Virus record (IMG/VR): IMGVR_UViG_2873737359_000001
Span: 64,001 to 128,000 of that record
Source of the DNA: a virus
Lineage: Duplodnaviria; Caudoviricetes
Reading direction: 5' to 3' (one strand)
DNA length: 64,000 nt
Position 1 is the first letter of the stretch, and each line of letters begins with the position of its first letter. A model generated the notes under the pieces. It was not told where the DNA came from, ran no database searches, and worked only from the letters and a program-made list of their open reading frames with translations. The translations under genes were made by a program, and so were the position numbers. Shown in pieces: positions 1 to 9,770 of the stretch.

Positions 1-2772
1 GTGGTTATTTTGAATCAAATTCCATTCTGCTACAATAGTTGGGATTCCCTCATTCTTAATCTGATCTTCATTCCAGAAATAGTCGCAACAATTAGTAAAG
101 CCCATTACCAATCCGTTTCTTTCACAATTAAGATTACCATGTAAAATTTTTTCGCTTTTATAATTTGGACATTTTAATCTTCCACTGCGCCATCCACCGG
201 ATAAAATTGGTTTAGCTTCACAAATTGAACAAGGAACTGCATCATCTAATGTCAACACATATACCACCTCATGAAAACAATCTTTCATTGCCAAATATTT
301 TCTTTATCATATTCAATATTTAGTTTTACAAAATCTGTTCTCATCTCATCTCTCATTTGAGCCATCATATCAAGTTGTGTATACGAAATTACTTGTCGTG
401 TTTGTTCTAATACCATATCCATTTTAGGAATATAATACAAATACACTATTGTATCTTTATATCCATTAAATTTCGCCCACAATTCTATTTTACTTTCAGA
501 ATTTTGAGTACATACATGTTTATATCCTTTATCAATCAAATCTTGTTTGTTCAAATTATCATCTCCATTTACCGTTTGAAAACAATTTTTCAACCTCGTT
601 TTGTTTTATACTCTGCGTATATTGATTCTCCATTGCATCCTTTATATAGTTTCCGTAAAGCAGATCCCAATCCATCTTCCATATCTTTGTCTACTTGTTC
701 ATATGTTTCGAATGCTTCGCCCAAAATGGCTACTGCCTCAAATACATAATTTCTAACCTGTTGTAATTTTCTATCCGTAAAATAAATATTTTGTCCCATT
801 ATTTCTCCTTTAAATAGTTATCCATTTGCCTTAATTCCAAATAATTCACAAAAATCTTTATCTTGAACAATATCAACAATTTTAAAATATCTTCTTGCTA
901 TCTCATTAAACATATCCATTTGACAAATTGCTTCCGCTGCTTTAGGATGATTACTTTCTATAAAAGTTTTGTATTCCATCACTAAATCAGAAAATAATTC
1001 TTTTTCATTTTCTATTTTACAACTCATTCTAATATAGCTATTATAACATTCTTTCAATTTATCATTTGGAATACCTATAAATAGATTTTTTCTTCTCATA
1101 ATATTCTCCATTTCTACAAAAGTTTGAAAGTTAAATTTCAATCTCTTTTTGGTAAATCACCGCCAGTAAAAATCTGACGGTCATCTAAAACTTCCATTGC
1201 TTCATTGATTACAAAACCATTGGGATATAATTTCTTTTTCTCTATTACAAAACTATGAAGCTTATCTTCGCTTCCAAACCATTTGTACAAGTCTATTTTA
1301 CCAGTTCCATTTGGATCTGGAACAGAATACGTTAACAAAAAATTATTCATAATAATATTCTCATTTACTCTACTCATTTTTTCTCCTGAAACTATTCTTT
1401 CATTTAAAATTACACAACCTATTCTGATTTCTCTTTCGGAAATACATCCTCTTCTCTTACCTGATATGTGAAGAATCCCATTGAGGACGGAAGAATCCTG
1501 AAATAAAACACCTCATCATCTTCCTCTGTCCATGTTTGTTGCAAAAATATTTTTGGACAACGCTCATTCAACGCAAACTTTTCATCAGAGTCAGAGTAAA
1601 TAACATAAGAACATAAATCTCCCGTATCAGTTTTAATTCTCTTCATTTCGTCATAGATAAATCTGGTTCTGACATATCTAACTATACTATATACTTGTTC
1701 TATTTTAAGATTTGGAAATAAAACTCCAATTTGCTTATAAATCTTATTCCACAGACATGTATGGTACTTACTATCTAATTCAACTGGTATGTCGATATAA
1801 CCGCTGCTACGAACTGACAAAAATCGGTACACTGCATCAATTATTTTCTCATCTCTAACCGGAGGAATTAATTCTGCATCATCTGGAAAATCAAATGGCA
1901 AAAGGTTTGATTTTTCCTGATTCTCGAGATCATGTTTTACCATGCTCAAGAACTCCTTATATCCGTATTCTTTCAGCATCTTATTTTACCTCCATCTTTT
2001 CTTTGTAATCATTCAGAGCTTCCTTGAATTTTCTTTCGCAAATATTGTTTTCACAATCAATATCACTATTTAACTCAACGTCTAATTCTCTTGGACTGTA
2101 AGCACGATAACGGTTTTCAATAAACCATTTTGCTTCTTTGATCTCATAAATAGTTTCCATGGCTTTTTTCATGCGCTCCGGCATTTTTTTTCTGCCTTTA
2201 GATTCATGAAAATTAATGCAACTGTTTCCATACTCGATCATCTTCTTACGGATATCCTCAGCCCAGGCAATCTGTTTTGGACTGCCAACCAGTTCTGGTA
2301 ATTCTTTACACATAATTATTCTCCTTTTCCAAAATGATATTTTAGTAAACATTCCACAATGGGGGCTATTAATAGAACTATTAAGATAAACATGACTTAC
2401 TTAGTATATCTTTATTCAATTTCTGAAAACTCTGCGACTTTATCTAAGTCAAATATCACCTTGATATATCTTTGACCGTAATAGATTATTGGTACGCTTA
2501 TACCCGTCGCCAAACAATGGTTACTTAAAATATTCATTACGTCTATATTTCTATTTTGATTGATACATACATATGCTATTTTCTTTCCTGTATCATCGAT
2601 TCCTGAACATGTTACTTCTGTGAGAAACCCTTCGCTTTTACTATAAAGTGAAATATGCAATTCTTCACGTTGATTGTATGGGTTAATAGTTCTTGTTTTG
2701 AAATAACAATCTTTGTATACTTTTCCGTCATTTGTCGTTACTTCTAAAAATTTCAAATTAATTCACCTCGTT

Positions 2773-2988
2773 TTATTCTTCAATAATCTCTCCATCCAAA
2801 TTTTTATAGCTTTCCTTATATCCATATTCCCTAAATTTCATAGTGTCTTTACATATAGGGCAATACAGATCTTTTATATGTCCTTTTTCCCTTTGTGATC
2901 CATGTATCCTGGGCAGCGGCATCTCCAAGCCGCACTCAGGACATACAAATAATGACATTACCATTGGTTTTCTTTTATTACATGCCAT
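2773..2988 (-). CDS. Small zinc-ribbon protein
   Basis: CPEC...CPIC pairs in 71 aa; RBS present. Confidence 0.6.
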   Translation of the reverse strand: MACNKRKPMVMSLFVCPECGLEMPLPRIHGSQREKGHIKDLYCPICKDTMKFREYGYKESYKNLDGEIIEE

Positions 2989-3003
2989 GATTCCAACTCC
3001 TTC

Positions 3004-3633
3004 CTATATTGCAGCAAAACCAAATTCTTTTAAATTTAATTTTTGTTGCCTTGGAAGATATGCAGATCCGGCTTTAATACATATTCTTTTTACCTCACGA
3101 TCAGATAGCACACGAATCACTCTCATATTTCCTGCAATAATCCATTCGCCTGTCATATTTGGAGAAGTTTTATATCTGTAGAAGCCATTTACTGGTACAT
3201 GATCAAGATCCGCTTTTATTGGATTAAATTTTCCATTTTTCTGAATCCCATTTTTATGGGCTTCTAAACAATAATTAATATCAGTCATATACTCGACCTC
3301 AGCCCATACAGTATCGTCTCTCATATAACATATTTTTCCATTTTCTTTTTTGCCAATATGTGAAACATATGGAACTGTATCGTTGATATGAAATCCAGGT
3401 CTAAATTTTAATGGTCCGAGTTTACTCTTTACTTTTCCATTATTTGTTCTCTGTCCGCATACAGCAATTAACCATTCCCCAATCGGAATTGAATGATCTG
3501 CATTTACATAGAGCGGAAATAACTCTCCTGGACATGTCTTTTTTATACGAAATAATTTATATCCTATAGCTGTATTCATTTTATCACCCTTTAATTTTAG
3601 TGTCAACATAAAATTTATTATTAACAGTATCAA
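3004..3633 (-). CDS. Hypothetical phage protein (true start probably MNTAIG, ~3579)
   Basis: Long ORF with an RPGFH motif; the upstream extension overlaps the conserved regulatory motif. Confidence 0.6.
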   Translation of the reverse strand: MILLIINFMLTLKLKGDKMNTAIGYKLFRIKKTCPGELFPLYVNADHSIPIGEWLIAVCGQRTNNGKVKSKLGPLKFRPGFHINDTVPYVSHIGKKENGKICYMRDDTVWAEVEYMTDINYCLEAHKNGIQKNGKFNPIKADLDHVPVNGFYRYKTSPNMTGEWIIAGNMRVIRVLSDREVKRICIKAGSAYLPRQQKLNLKEFGFAAI

Positions 3634-3642
3634 AGCACACTT

Positions 3643-4314
3643 TTACTTGCATCTTTCATTAATATAAACCACTTTACTTTTGATATAACATTTATGACAA
3701 GATAGACAGCTTTTTGCACCACAGTTAATTTCAATATTATTTGCTTCGATGTATTCTTTCGTATATACTGTAAATATTTTGTCAATAAATGGATATTTAT
3801 TTAATTTGTTATCACATTTATTAAGATATGGACTACTGTAAACAATCTGTAAATTGCGCGGCTTGCTTTCTCCATTATTAATTGCTTCGGCAATAATCCA
3901 TGGATTTTTTGTCCATAACGCAAACTTGACATGTTTATTTCTTTTACAGATTCTAAAATAATTTACAATCTGAACTTCGTTATTTAAATCGCCAAAACTT
4001 TCGAATCTAAAAAACGCTGCATTAATAAGAGGAATTTCTTCGTCGGTAAGTAATTTAGTAGTCAAAATTTCCGTATTCTTTTTCAAACATTTTTCTAAAT
4101 TTTTATACATTTTCATCTGCCTTTGAGCATAGCAATGAGAACATACAAGATTTGAATTTTCTACACGACTTAAGCAATTCTTGTTACATAAACATGATGT
4201 TGATAAACTCTGCATACCACTCATTTTCCCAGAATGTTTTAAAGTATAATGCACTCCTGTCAATTCTTCTGCATTATCAATTGTTAGAAAAGTTTTTCTT
4301 TTTGTATTTCTCAT
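3643..4314 (-). CDS. Gp88-like Cys-rich (radical-SAM-like) phage protein
   Basis: SLSTSCxCNxNC, CSHCYA, FRFESFGD and C-terminal CGAKSCLSCHKC motifs. Confidence 0.6.
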   Translation of the reverse strand: MRNTKRKTFLTIDNAEELTGVHYTLKHSGKMSGMQSLSTSCLCNKNCLSRVENSNLVCSHCYAQRQMKMYKNLEKCLKKNTEILTTKLLTDEEIPLINAAFFRFESFGDLNNEVQIVNYFRICKRNKHVKFALWTKNPWIIAEAINNGESKPRNLQIVYSSPYLNKCDNKLNKYPFIDKIFTVYTKEYIEANNIEINCGAKSCLSCHKCYIKSKVVYINERCK

Positions 4315-4752
4315 ATCATCAAATCCTTCCTATTTTATGTATTAAAAAAGGACCAACACAAAAATGTGTTGATCCTTAACCCCATTATTTTATCTTTTGT
4401 AATTTCTCTTTGTTACTTTTTAGAGTGATGTGTATATTTCTTGATCTGATTTCTCTTGCATAATCGGATCTTGACGCTGTACACCCCGGCAGACACTTGA
4501 GCATAAGTCCAATCAGGTGTAATATACGAGTTTACATAATCATAGAATGGAGCCTTCTTAATTTCCTTTAAATATCTGCAAGATATGTACTCCCTTGCCG
4601 TTTTCGTACTGTTACACCAAATCGCCTCTGCTCTAGTCCATCCATTTTTTGTCACAATTATTAATTGTTTCACATACATCATCTCTCTTCCATATAGTTT
4701 TTGCGTTCAATAAAAAAGCAAACATTTGTTCGCTCATATGCTGAACAAATAT

Positions 4753-4781
4753 GTTATATCACAATTATTTTTACATTGCAA
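4753..4781 (-). promoter_or_regulatory. SigmaA-type promoter flanked by imperfect LexA/SOS boxes
   Basis: Minus strand TTGCAA-N17-TATAAC with extended TG. CGAAC-N4-GTTCG-like boxes at 4719-4732 (CAAACATTTGTTCG) and 4789-4802 (CGAACATATTTTTG). Confidence 0.55.
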
Positions 4782-4874
4782 TATAAATCGAACATATTTT
4801 TGCTTTTTACCATAAATTACCAATTTCTATACCAATTTATGGTAATGAGATGATACTTTTCTCGAACATCTATT

Positions 4875-5018
4875 CTCTTATACTCTAAGTCTATGTATAC
4901 ATTTCTTTAATTGTTCCATATATTATATGAAATTCTTCAGGAAGCCTGTTACGATAGAAGCTACGGCTTCCTGAAGCAATATCATATAATGTTGAATTGA
5001 ATACTTCTTATATAAGAG
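4875..5018 (-). ncRNA. RT-associated structured ncRNA unit A (detached copy)
   Basis: Plus-strand layout: outer IR CTCTTATAC-TCT-AAGT / ACTT-CTT-ATATAAGAG; motif CTTTAATTGTTCCATAT; hairpin 4920-4992 (CTTCAGGAAGCC/GGCTTCCTGAAG); TTGAATTGAAT. Confidence 0.75.
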
Positions 5019-5050
5019 CAGTGTATATCTGCAATATAAATTTTCTTTAT

Positions 5051-6259
5051 TTACTTTCCGTAGATTTCTTTCATTCTAAGACCAAAATCAAAGTGATTAT
5101 CTTCGATGGTCTTTTTGAGAAAAGCAAATAATTTATAATACTCTCCAGTTTCTCCATACTGATCCGTAAGCATTTCAATAAAATATACTCCATCCAGTCC
5201 GTACATTCCATTTGCTCTACAATTATGGAACTTTACCATATTCATTAATGTGTAATAAGATCCTGCTCCCTTGTAAGCATTTTTCCACTCTTTGCATTTC
5301 GGTGTCTCGAACGGAAGTTTATACTGTTTTGCAAATTTAACTAATCTTTTTAATACTAAGTAAAGCTTCATATAATTTGTATCAGGTGTCATATTATAAA
5401 CTACATTATATGCAACATTATCAAATGGTATTAAAACTTTCTGATAAATATCTTCTACAAAAATATTTTTTCCACAGATCCGTTTATAAGGAGTTCCCTT
5501 ACATTTTCTAATAGGAAGTTTCTCAATATATTTCTTTAATTTCGTTTTATAATCTTTAATCAAATCTACAACTACCTGATCATTGAAGAAACGTTTTCTC
5601 TTATTGAACTCTCCCATATCCCTTTCCTGCAGCTTTCCTAATACTCTGATTTCTTCGAGAATCATATCAAACTGATACATATATCCGTAGTTATCATTGA
5701 GATAAGCATCATATCCAAATCTCTTTCCATCGTAGCTTTCATAATTCAGCATACGGAACATCTGCGCCATAACCCATCTTCTGTGTAATTTTGAATTCTT
5801 AACATATCCATCAACGCAAACCTGATTAAGTAACACTTTTTCGTCTGGAGTAAGAGCAGAATTGGTTTTGATATTATTTCCATCTCCATCAAATACGGGA
5901 ACTCCATTTTCATCAATAGTAATATTGATCTTAGCTCCAGGCTGCAGTCCCTCCGGAAGAGAGATGCTGAAATATTTACCAGTGTTCATTCCGGCTGCCT
6001 TTAATGCTGCTACTCTGTTTTCCTTGTTATTCTTTCTGTTGTTCATCATATCCTTATTCTCCTTTTTATTTGATTTTTCTTCAATATATCTCCAACCAGC
6101 TACATAAGCATCTGTATAATTGCGCCATATGCAATTTCCATATTTCCCTTTTATCATCATGTCTTCCCTGATTGTTCCGTCAGTCATAATGATTTCTACT
6201 ATCTCGTATAATGGTGGACGATTTCCATCAATTGTATAATTTCTAATCCATTCTGACAT
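5051..6259 (-). CDS. Hypothetical 402-aa protein, candidate partner of the RT system
   Basis: Long ORF between ncRNA units A and B; contains RRWVMAQMFRML and CKGTPY segments. Confidence 0.7.
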   Translation of the reverse strand: MSEWIRNYTIDGNRPPLYEIVEIIMTDGTIREDMMIKGKYGNCIWRNYTDAYVAGWRYIEEKSNKKENKDMMNNRKNNKENRVAALKAAGMNTGKYFSISLPEGLQPGAKINITIDENGVPVFDGDGNNIKTNSALTPDEKVLLNQVCVDGYVKNSKLHRRWVMAQMFRMLNYESYDGKRFGYDAYLNDNYGYMYQFDMILEEIRVLGKLQERDMGEFNKRKRFFNDQVVVDLIKDYKTKLKKYIEKLPIRKCKGTPYKRICGKNIFVEDIYQKVLIPFDNVAYNVVYNMTPDTNYMKLYLVLKRLVKFAKQYKLPFETPKCKEWKNAYKGAGSYYTLMNMVKFHNCRANGMYGLDGVYFIEMLTDQYGETGEYYKLFAFLKKTIEDNHFDFGLRMKEIYGK

Positions 6260-6316
6260 ATAAGTTATCCTTTAAATATCGTTTGTATAAAATTTATTTT
6301 TAATAGTATCAAATTA

Positions 6317-6805
6317 TCATTTAACATCAATCCACTCTCTCATGATAATGAGATCTTTGTCTTTTCCCTGATAATACCAATGGCCACCCATAATCTCATC
6401 GTCCCATACAAGATATCCAGCAAGAGAAGCGCACAAAATAAAAGCTTCAAGTTTTGCTTTTGCAATATCTCTAGGATCTCCGGTTACTCTCTGTTCCATT
6501 GTCAATTCTTCTTCCGGCAGAGCTTTGAAATATGATTTATCTCTAAAGCTTTCAGTTTCCTTTGATGGATTCGAATATTTGTAATTACGGTATAAATTTT
6601 CAATCACTTCAAGACAATATAAAGTAGCTTCTTTCTGTGTTTTAAATTGCTTGTCTAAAATAATCAAATTTTCATTTGAATCATATTCTCCGTTTTTTAC
6701 AAAATATGATCCTCCATTTCTTATGGATTTCTTTTTTAAATCTACTTTGAAAATACAATTTCTGTTAATGTCGATAAGTTTTAAAAGTTTAGTATATATC
6801 GTCAT
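6317..6805 (-). CDS. Hypothetical 162-aa protein, candidate partner of the RT system
   Basis: ORF with AAAGGA RBS starting 22 nt downstream of ncRNA unit B. Confidence 0.7.
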   Translation of the reverse strand: MTIYTKLLKLIDINRNCIFKVDLKKKSIRNGGSYFVKNGEYDSNENLIILDKQFKTQKEATLYCLEVIENLYRNYKYSNPSKETESFRDKSYFKALPEEELTMEQRVTGDPRDIAKAKLEAFILCASLAGYLVWDDEIMGGHWYYQGKDKDLIIMREWIDVK

Positions 6806-6826
6806 ATCTGTTTCCTTTCTATTTCC

Positions 6827-6981
6827 TTATCAACTCTGTATTCATGGAATATTTCTATAATCGTTTCATATTAACCAGATTCAGGATGACTCAAGGCGGC
6901 GGACGTGAAGTGATAACGAAATGATCCGCCGCTGAGTCATATCTTAGCGGGTTAATTGAACTTCGAATACCTTGTTGATAA
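6827..6981 (-). ncRNA. RT-associated structured ncRNA unit B
   Basis: Outer IR TTATCAAC-TCT-GTATTC / GAATAC-CTT-GTTGATAA; motif CTATAATCGTTTCATAT at 6855; hairpin 6871-6955; TTGAA. Confidence 0.8.
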
Positions 6982-7017
6982 CCGTTATTCTACGTTTTTT
7001 ATTTTTCTATTTCTTTT

Positions 7018-7177
7018 ATGTAAACTCAATATCTCTGGATCATTACTATACTTGTCTCATATTAAGCAGTGCATACGAAGGCAGATTCTGAGGCGCTCAC
7101 CCTGGTCAGGGAAGCGCCTCCTTGAAGATGCCTTCCGTTCTTGCCTGCTTATTTGAATAATAATATCTTGTTTACAT
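7018..7177 (-). ncRNA. RT-associated structured ncRNA unit C
   Basis: Outer IR ATGTAAAC-TCA-ATAT / ATAT-CTT-GTTTACAT; motif CTATACTTGTCTCATAT at 7046; hairpin 7063-7151; TTGAA. Confidence 0.8.
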
Positions 7178-7197
7178 TCCATTGATCTATGGATTTA

Positions 7198-7348
7198 ATA
7201 TACTCAACAATTCTAGTACATATCTATAATCGTTTCATATATGCAGCAATGATCCTGGTAGTGGATCATGAGCCGGAACGGTAGTCCGGCGTTTGATCCA
7301 TAAACAGGAGTTGATGCTGCGTAATTGAATTGAATTTGCTTTGTATAT
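7198..7348 (-). ncRNA. RT-associated structured ncRNA unit D
   Basis: Outer IR ATATAC-TCA-ACAA / TTGC-TTT-GTATAT; motif CTATAATCGTTTCATAT at 7224; hairpin 7240-7323; TTGAATTGAAT. Confidence 0.8.
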
Positions 7349-7373
7349 CCTGAGTGTACTCCCATTTGATTAA

Positions 7374-7460
7374 TTACTTATTTTTCCATTCAAACCAGCA
7401 TCCAATAATAGCAATAACATATACTACTATCAGAAACACTATAGATACTTTAAATAACAA
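7374..7460 (-). CDS. 28-aa single-pass membrane peptide (not in ORF track)
   Basis: GGAGGTG RBS, TTG start, MLFKVSIVFLIVVYVIAIIGCWFEWKNK*. Confidence 0.6.
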   Translation of the reverse strand: MLFKVSIVFLIVVYVIAIIGCWFEWKNK

Positions 7461-7474
7461 CTTATCACCTCCAT

Positions 7475-7888
7475 TTAAAATTCCATTCTTAATTCCCTTT
7501 CATCATGATTCATAAAATTTTCTGCATCTTTGTAGGAAAAGAATATAGCTACTTCATCATACTTTTCATCCTTGACAAAGATATTCATTCGTGTTGTATA
7601 CCAATCTTTTATGTACTTTGTAATATTATTTCCGTCTGAATCATATTCGTTTTCTTGGATTACATATTCAACAACTACATAAACCGTTCCTGTATTACTT
7701 CTATATTTTAATATAGAGGTCTTGATATCATTGACAGAACTAAAATAAAATGCCATGGCATCAACAAGAGTATCAAATGATTCAATAATCTCTGGCTCCG
7801 GATCTGTAACGGTACATCCTTCAACAATTTCAGATCGATCTTTATACCTAAATTCCTTTGAACGTTTTATTACTTCGTATTTAATCAT
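7475..7888 (-). CDS. Hypothetical protein
   Basis: 137-aa ORF with AGGAG RBS. Confidence 0.7.
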   Translation of the reverse strand: MIKYEVIKRSKEFRYKDRSEIVEGCTVTDPEPEIIESFDTLVDAMAFYFSSVNDIKTSILKYRSNTGTVYVVVEYVIQENEYDSDGNNITKYIKDWYTTRMNIFVKDEKYDEVAIFFSYKDAENFMNHDERELRMEF

Positions 7889-7903
7889 TGTTTATAACTC
7901 TCC

Positions 7904-9100
7904 TCACTGAATAAGCAGATATTCTACTGCGTTCTGAAATTTCTTTAAAAGCTCTTCATTATTTTCAATAAGTTCTCTCTTTGTAGACGCAGTACCATGC
8001 TTACTTGCATATCTACTTTTAATTGTTTCCCAATTAATTGCTGGATACATTTCGCTCATTCTTTTATATACAGCTCTGTATGTTTTCATCCCCGCTATTG
8101 AACGATCATTATATTTTTCAATGAGCGGCCGAATGATTGCTGTTGTACGATCAATACACAAATCTTTATATTTATCATATAAATCCAGAAGAGTCATCTC
8201 AAAAATAGACCTGTATGTTGAACTATCATAAACAATATCAATAAGCGGAACTTTTCCTGTAAGATTATACTTCTTTCTATAATCTTTTGATTCCTGTTCC
8301 CACACGACTCCGTATACTGCATTCATCTTCTTATAGATGTGGACCAAAACAGCTGTTTTATCTTTGAACTTACCGGTCTTGACCAGCTCTTCTGCGATAG
8401 CATACTGAGCGTTTTTCCATTCCTTGCATTCATCTTTTTGACTGCGACGACTTTTTGCAACAGTTTTCTCTTTTGTTTCGATTGCTGCAGACACAGAATT
8501 ATTTACTTTGTCCTGGAGCATAAGCTGCGAAAATTTACCCATATTTGTATATAACTGATCGATTTTATTATTTAGCAGAATATTATCATCAATTAACCGC
8601 TGCATTTTGTCTATCATGATTTTAATTTCATCTGAATAATCCGGAACATTTATTTCCGGAAGTTGCACCTGTAGAACATTTCCTTTTGCTTTCAGTCCTG
8701 GTTGTGTTTCCGATTCTTTATTGAGGAACGCTGCAGCCAGTACATCTTTTGCATGGAGCTGATAATCAATTAGTTTATCTACAAAATCTGGACGTCCTGC
8801 CTTCATTGTTGGAGTGATAGAAATTTTTGCCAACCAGAGTGGAAGAAAATCAAGTTCAAGACATAAAATGTTACTATTCGCCTTATCATTTGCAAGGGGG
8901 TAAAATTTTACCCCCTTGGAGAGTACAAGATCTTCCTGTATTTTCTTACGTTCATATTTCATTCTATTTTCATTGAATCCCATTCCCTGGCATACCCATC
9001 GAACTCCGACATAGACTTTCCCTGTTTCTATTTCCTGTGCAGCTCTCAACTCAGCTCCATTAAATTCTACATCCCTTACTCGTAATTTATTTTCGCTCAT
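7904..9100 (-). CDS. Phage antirepressor-type protein (P22 Ant N-terminal-like domain plus coiled coil); start probably MSENK
   Basis: VEFNGAEL..VYVGVRWVCQGMG..LPLWLAKIS..LIDYQL..KDVLAAAF signature. Confidence 0.75.
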   Translation of the reverse strand: MSENKLRVRDVEFNGAELRAAQEIETGKVYVGVRWVCQGMGFNENRMKYERKKIQEDLVLSKGVKFYPLANDKANSNILCLELDFLPLWLAKISITPTMKAGRPDFVDKLIDYQLHAKDVLAAAFLNKESETQPGLKAKGNVLQVQLPEINVPDYSDEIKIMIDKMQRLIDDNILLNNKIDQLYTNMGKFSQLMLQDKVNNSVSAAIETKEKTVAKSRRSQKDECKEWKNAQYAIAEELVKTGKFKDKTAVLVHIYKKMNAVYGVVWEQESKDYRKKYNLTGKVPLIDIVYDSSTYRSIFEMTLLDLYDKYKDLCIDRTTAIIRPLIEKYNDRSIAGMKTYRAVYKRMSEMYPAINWETIKSRYASKHGTASTKRELIENNEELLKKFQNAVEYLLIQ

Positions 9101-9161
9101 TTGTTTTACCTCGTTTATTAGTATTAAGTTTATTATTTGTAGTGTCAAAATATATTATTAT

Positions 9162-9758
9162 TCATCTTCCGTCCTTCAGGCTATCCAACGCAACTTTTAA
9201 TGCTTCGGTAAGTTTGTTATTTATGCCGGAATCTTTTAATCCTTTTATTGTTCCTTCTAATATTCCAACTGCTTCTTCCGTTTCTTTCTTCATAGCTTCC
9301 TTTTCGGGATCGATCCATACAGGACTATCATGTGTTTCTATAATTTCAAGAAGCTCTTTCTCAAATTCATCGTTTGTTTCTATTTCATAATCAAAATAAT
9401 TACATAAATCTTCGCCACATTTTGTATATTTTCTACTCCAAATACAATTATTACAATCCTTCTCTGGCACATCTTCACAATCATTCATTCTTTTATATTT
9501 ATGAATAAAATCCTTTGCCGTCATTTCATGTGATTCGGTCAACATAAATAATTCTGCCGCTGTACAATGTGTCTCAATACAATCAGATGTAAAATTTATT
9601 TTCTTCATACCAAAGTCAATACAGATAGTACCTTTGTCAATAAGCAGATCAAAGTCCATTATTTTTGTACTGTTATGCCATGTAAATCCAGCTTTATTTA
9701 ACACTCTTAATAAATCATCACGTTCTTTTTCATTATTATAGGACACATTAAAACTCAT
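9162..9758 (-). CDS. Cys-rich hypothetical protein, paralog of 11803-12387
   Basis: Shared GFxW, EMTAxxF and CxxC/LCN segments. Confidence 0.6.
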   Translation of the reverse strand: MSFNVSYNNEKERDDLLRVLNKAGFTWHNSTKIMDFDLLIDKGTICIDFGMKKINFTSDCIETHCTAAELFMLTESHEMTAKDFIHKYKRMNDCEDVPEKDCNNCIWSRKYTKCGEDLCNYFDYEIETNDEFEKELLEIIETHDSPVWIDPEKEAMKKETEEAVGILEGTIKGLKDSGINNKLTEALKVALDSLKDGR

Positions 9759-9770
9759 ATTTATTCTCCT

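Noticed and set aside
6827-7348. CRISPR array
   Set aside because: The conserved parts are short and degenerate, the variable parts are 70-90 nt self-complementary hairpins, the period is about 180-190 nt, and there are no cas genes.
6827-7348. Simple terminators or the 6956-7156 plus-strand ORF
   Set aside because: The hairpins are long, bulged, lack adjacent U-tracts and sit in a repeated scaffold. The ORF is antisense to the whole arm and has no RBS.
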